A stretch of 64,000 nt of DNA from a virus (taxonomy: Duplodnaviria; Heunggongvirae; Uroviricota; Caudoviricetes), in the IMG/VR virus record IMGVR_UViG_3300032315_001309, positions 12,305 through 76,304 of that record. One strand, written 5' to 3'. A program made the position numbers and the translations under genes. Of the stretch, positions 63,991 through 64,000 are shown piece by piece; the first letter of the stretch is position 1, and each line of letters opens with the position of its first letter. A model generated the notes under the pieces. That model was not told where the DNA came from. It saw only the letters and a program-made list of their open reading frames with translations, and did no database searches.

Positions 63991-64000
63991 TGTGGTCGTA

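Overview
The window is an AT-rich segment of about 64 kb, read as part of a T4-like myovirus genome of the cyanophage type, with almost all genes on the + strand and many overlapping stop/start codons. Cyanophage-type auxiliary genes support that reading: two hli genes, speD, thyX, phoH and a glutaredoxin. All calls are by eye from motifs in the translations, so coordinates of short features and all family assignments need confirmation by search tools.

Left to right the window contains:
- 1-6 kb: a glycan-modification island. It holds a GDPD-like gene, a family-1 glycosyltransferase, a family-25 glycosyltransferase, an HtrL/YibB-like gene and several DxD-type hypotheticals.
- 6-7.1 kb: a host-like sigma70 promoter, an RlpA-like secreted protein gene, two hli genes and a terminator.
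- 7.1-14.9 kb: EndoVII, glutaredoxin, SAM decarboxylase (speD), ThyX and PhoH.
- 14.9-17.6 kb: a PD-(D/E)XK nuclease, the gp59 helicase loader and the gp32 ssDNA-binding protein.
- 17.6-20.7 kb, on the minus strand: gp53, a gp48-like protein, a structural protein and gp4.
- 20.7-34 kb: tail and baseplate genes. Two giant tape-measure-like proteins carry GH19-like, SLT and M23 lytic domains, followed by a gp27-like protein, a gp5-like spike and a tandem pair of paralogs.
- 34.6-40.6 kb: a 2005-aa fibre protein with a C-terminal tail-collar domain.
- 40.7-42.6 kb: a collagen-repeat fibre protein. Its 3' end and the following ORF form a GC-rich mosaic module.
- 42.6-58 kb: an accessory region. 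It encodes a UvsW-like helicase, an RNA-ligase-like protein, a metallophosphoesterase, an HNH nuclease, many tiny ORFs, a PcfJ-like protein, two DEDD exonucleases and an SPFH protein. It ends with an NAD+ salvage triad: an NMNAT-Nudix fusion, a NADAR protein and NAMPT.
- 58.4-64 kb: a tRNA island with about 11 tRNAs plus degenerate tRNA-like elements, split by an HNH homing endonuclease. Small hypothetical ORFs follow.

The observations most worth a second look are:
- the NAD+ reconstitution module, whose two enzyme genes share a near-identical hairpin-embedded ribosome-binding site;
- an RNA-repair-like gene set sitting next to the tRNA island;
- an AAAACTG(T/G)CCAC-type motif that recurs just after stop codons;
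- a GC-rich fibre-tip cassette;
- peptidoglycan-lytic domains carried on the giant tail proteins rather than on gp5.
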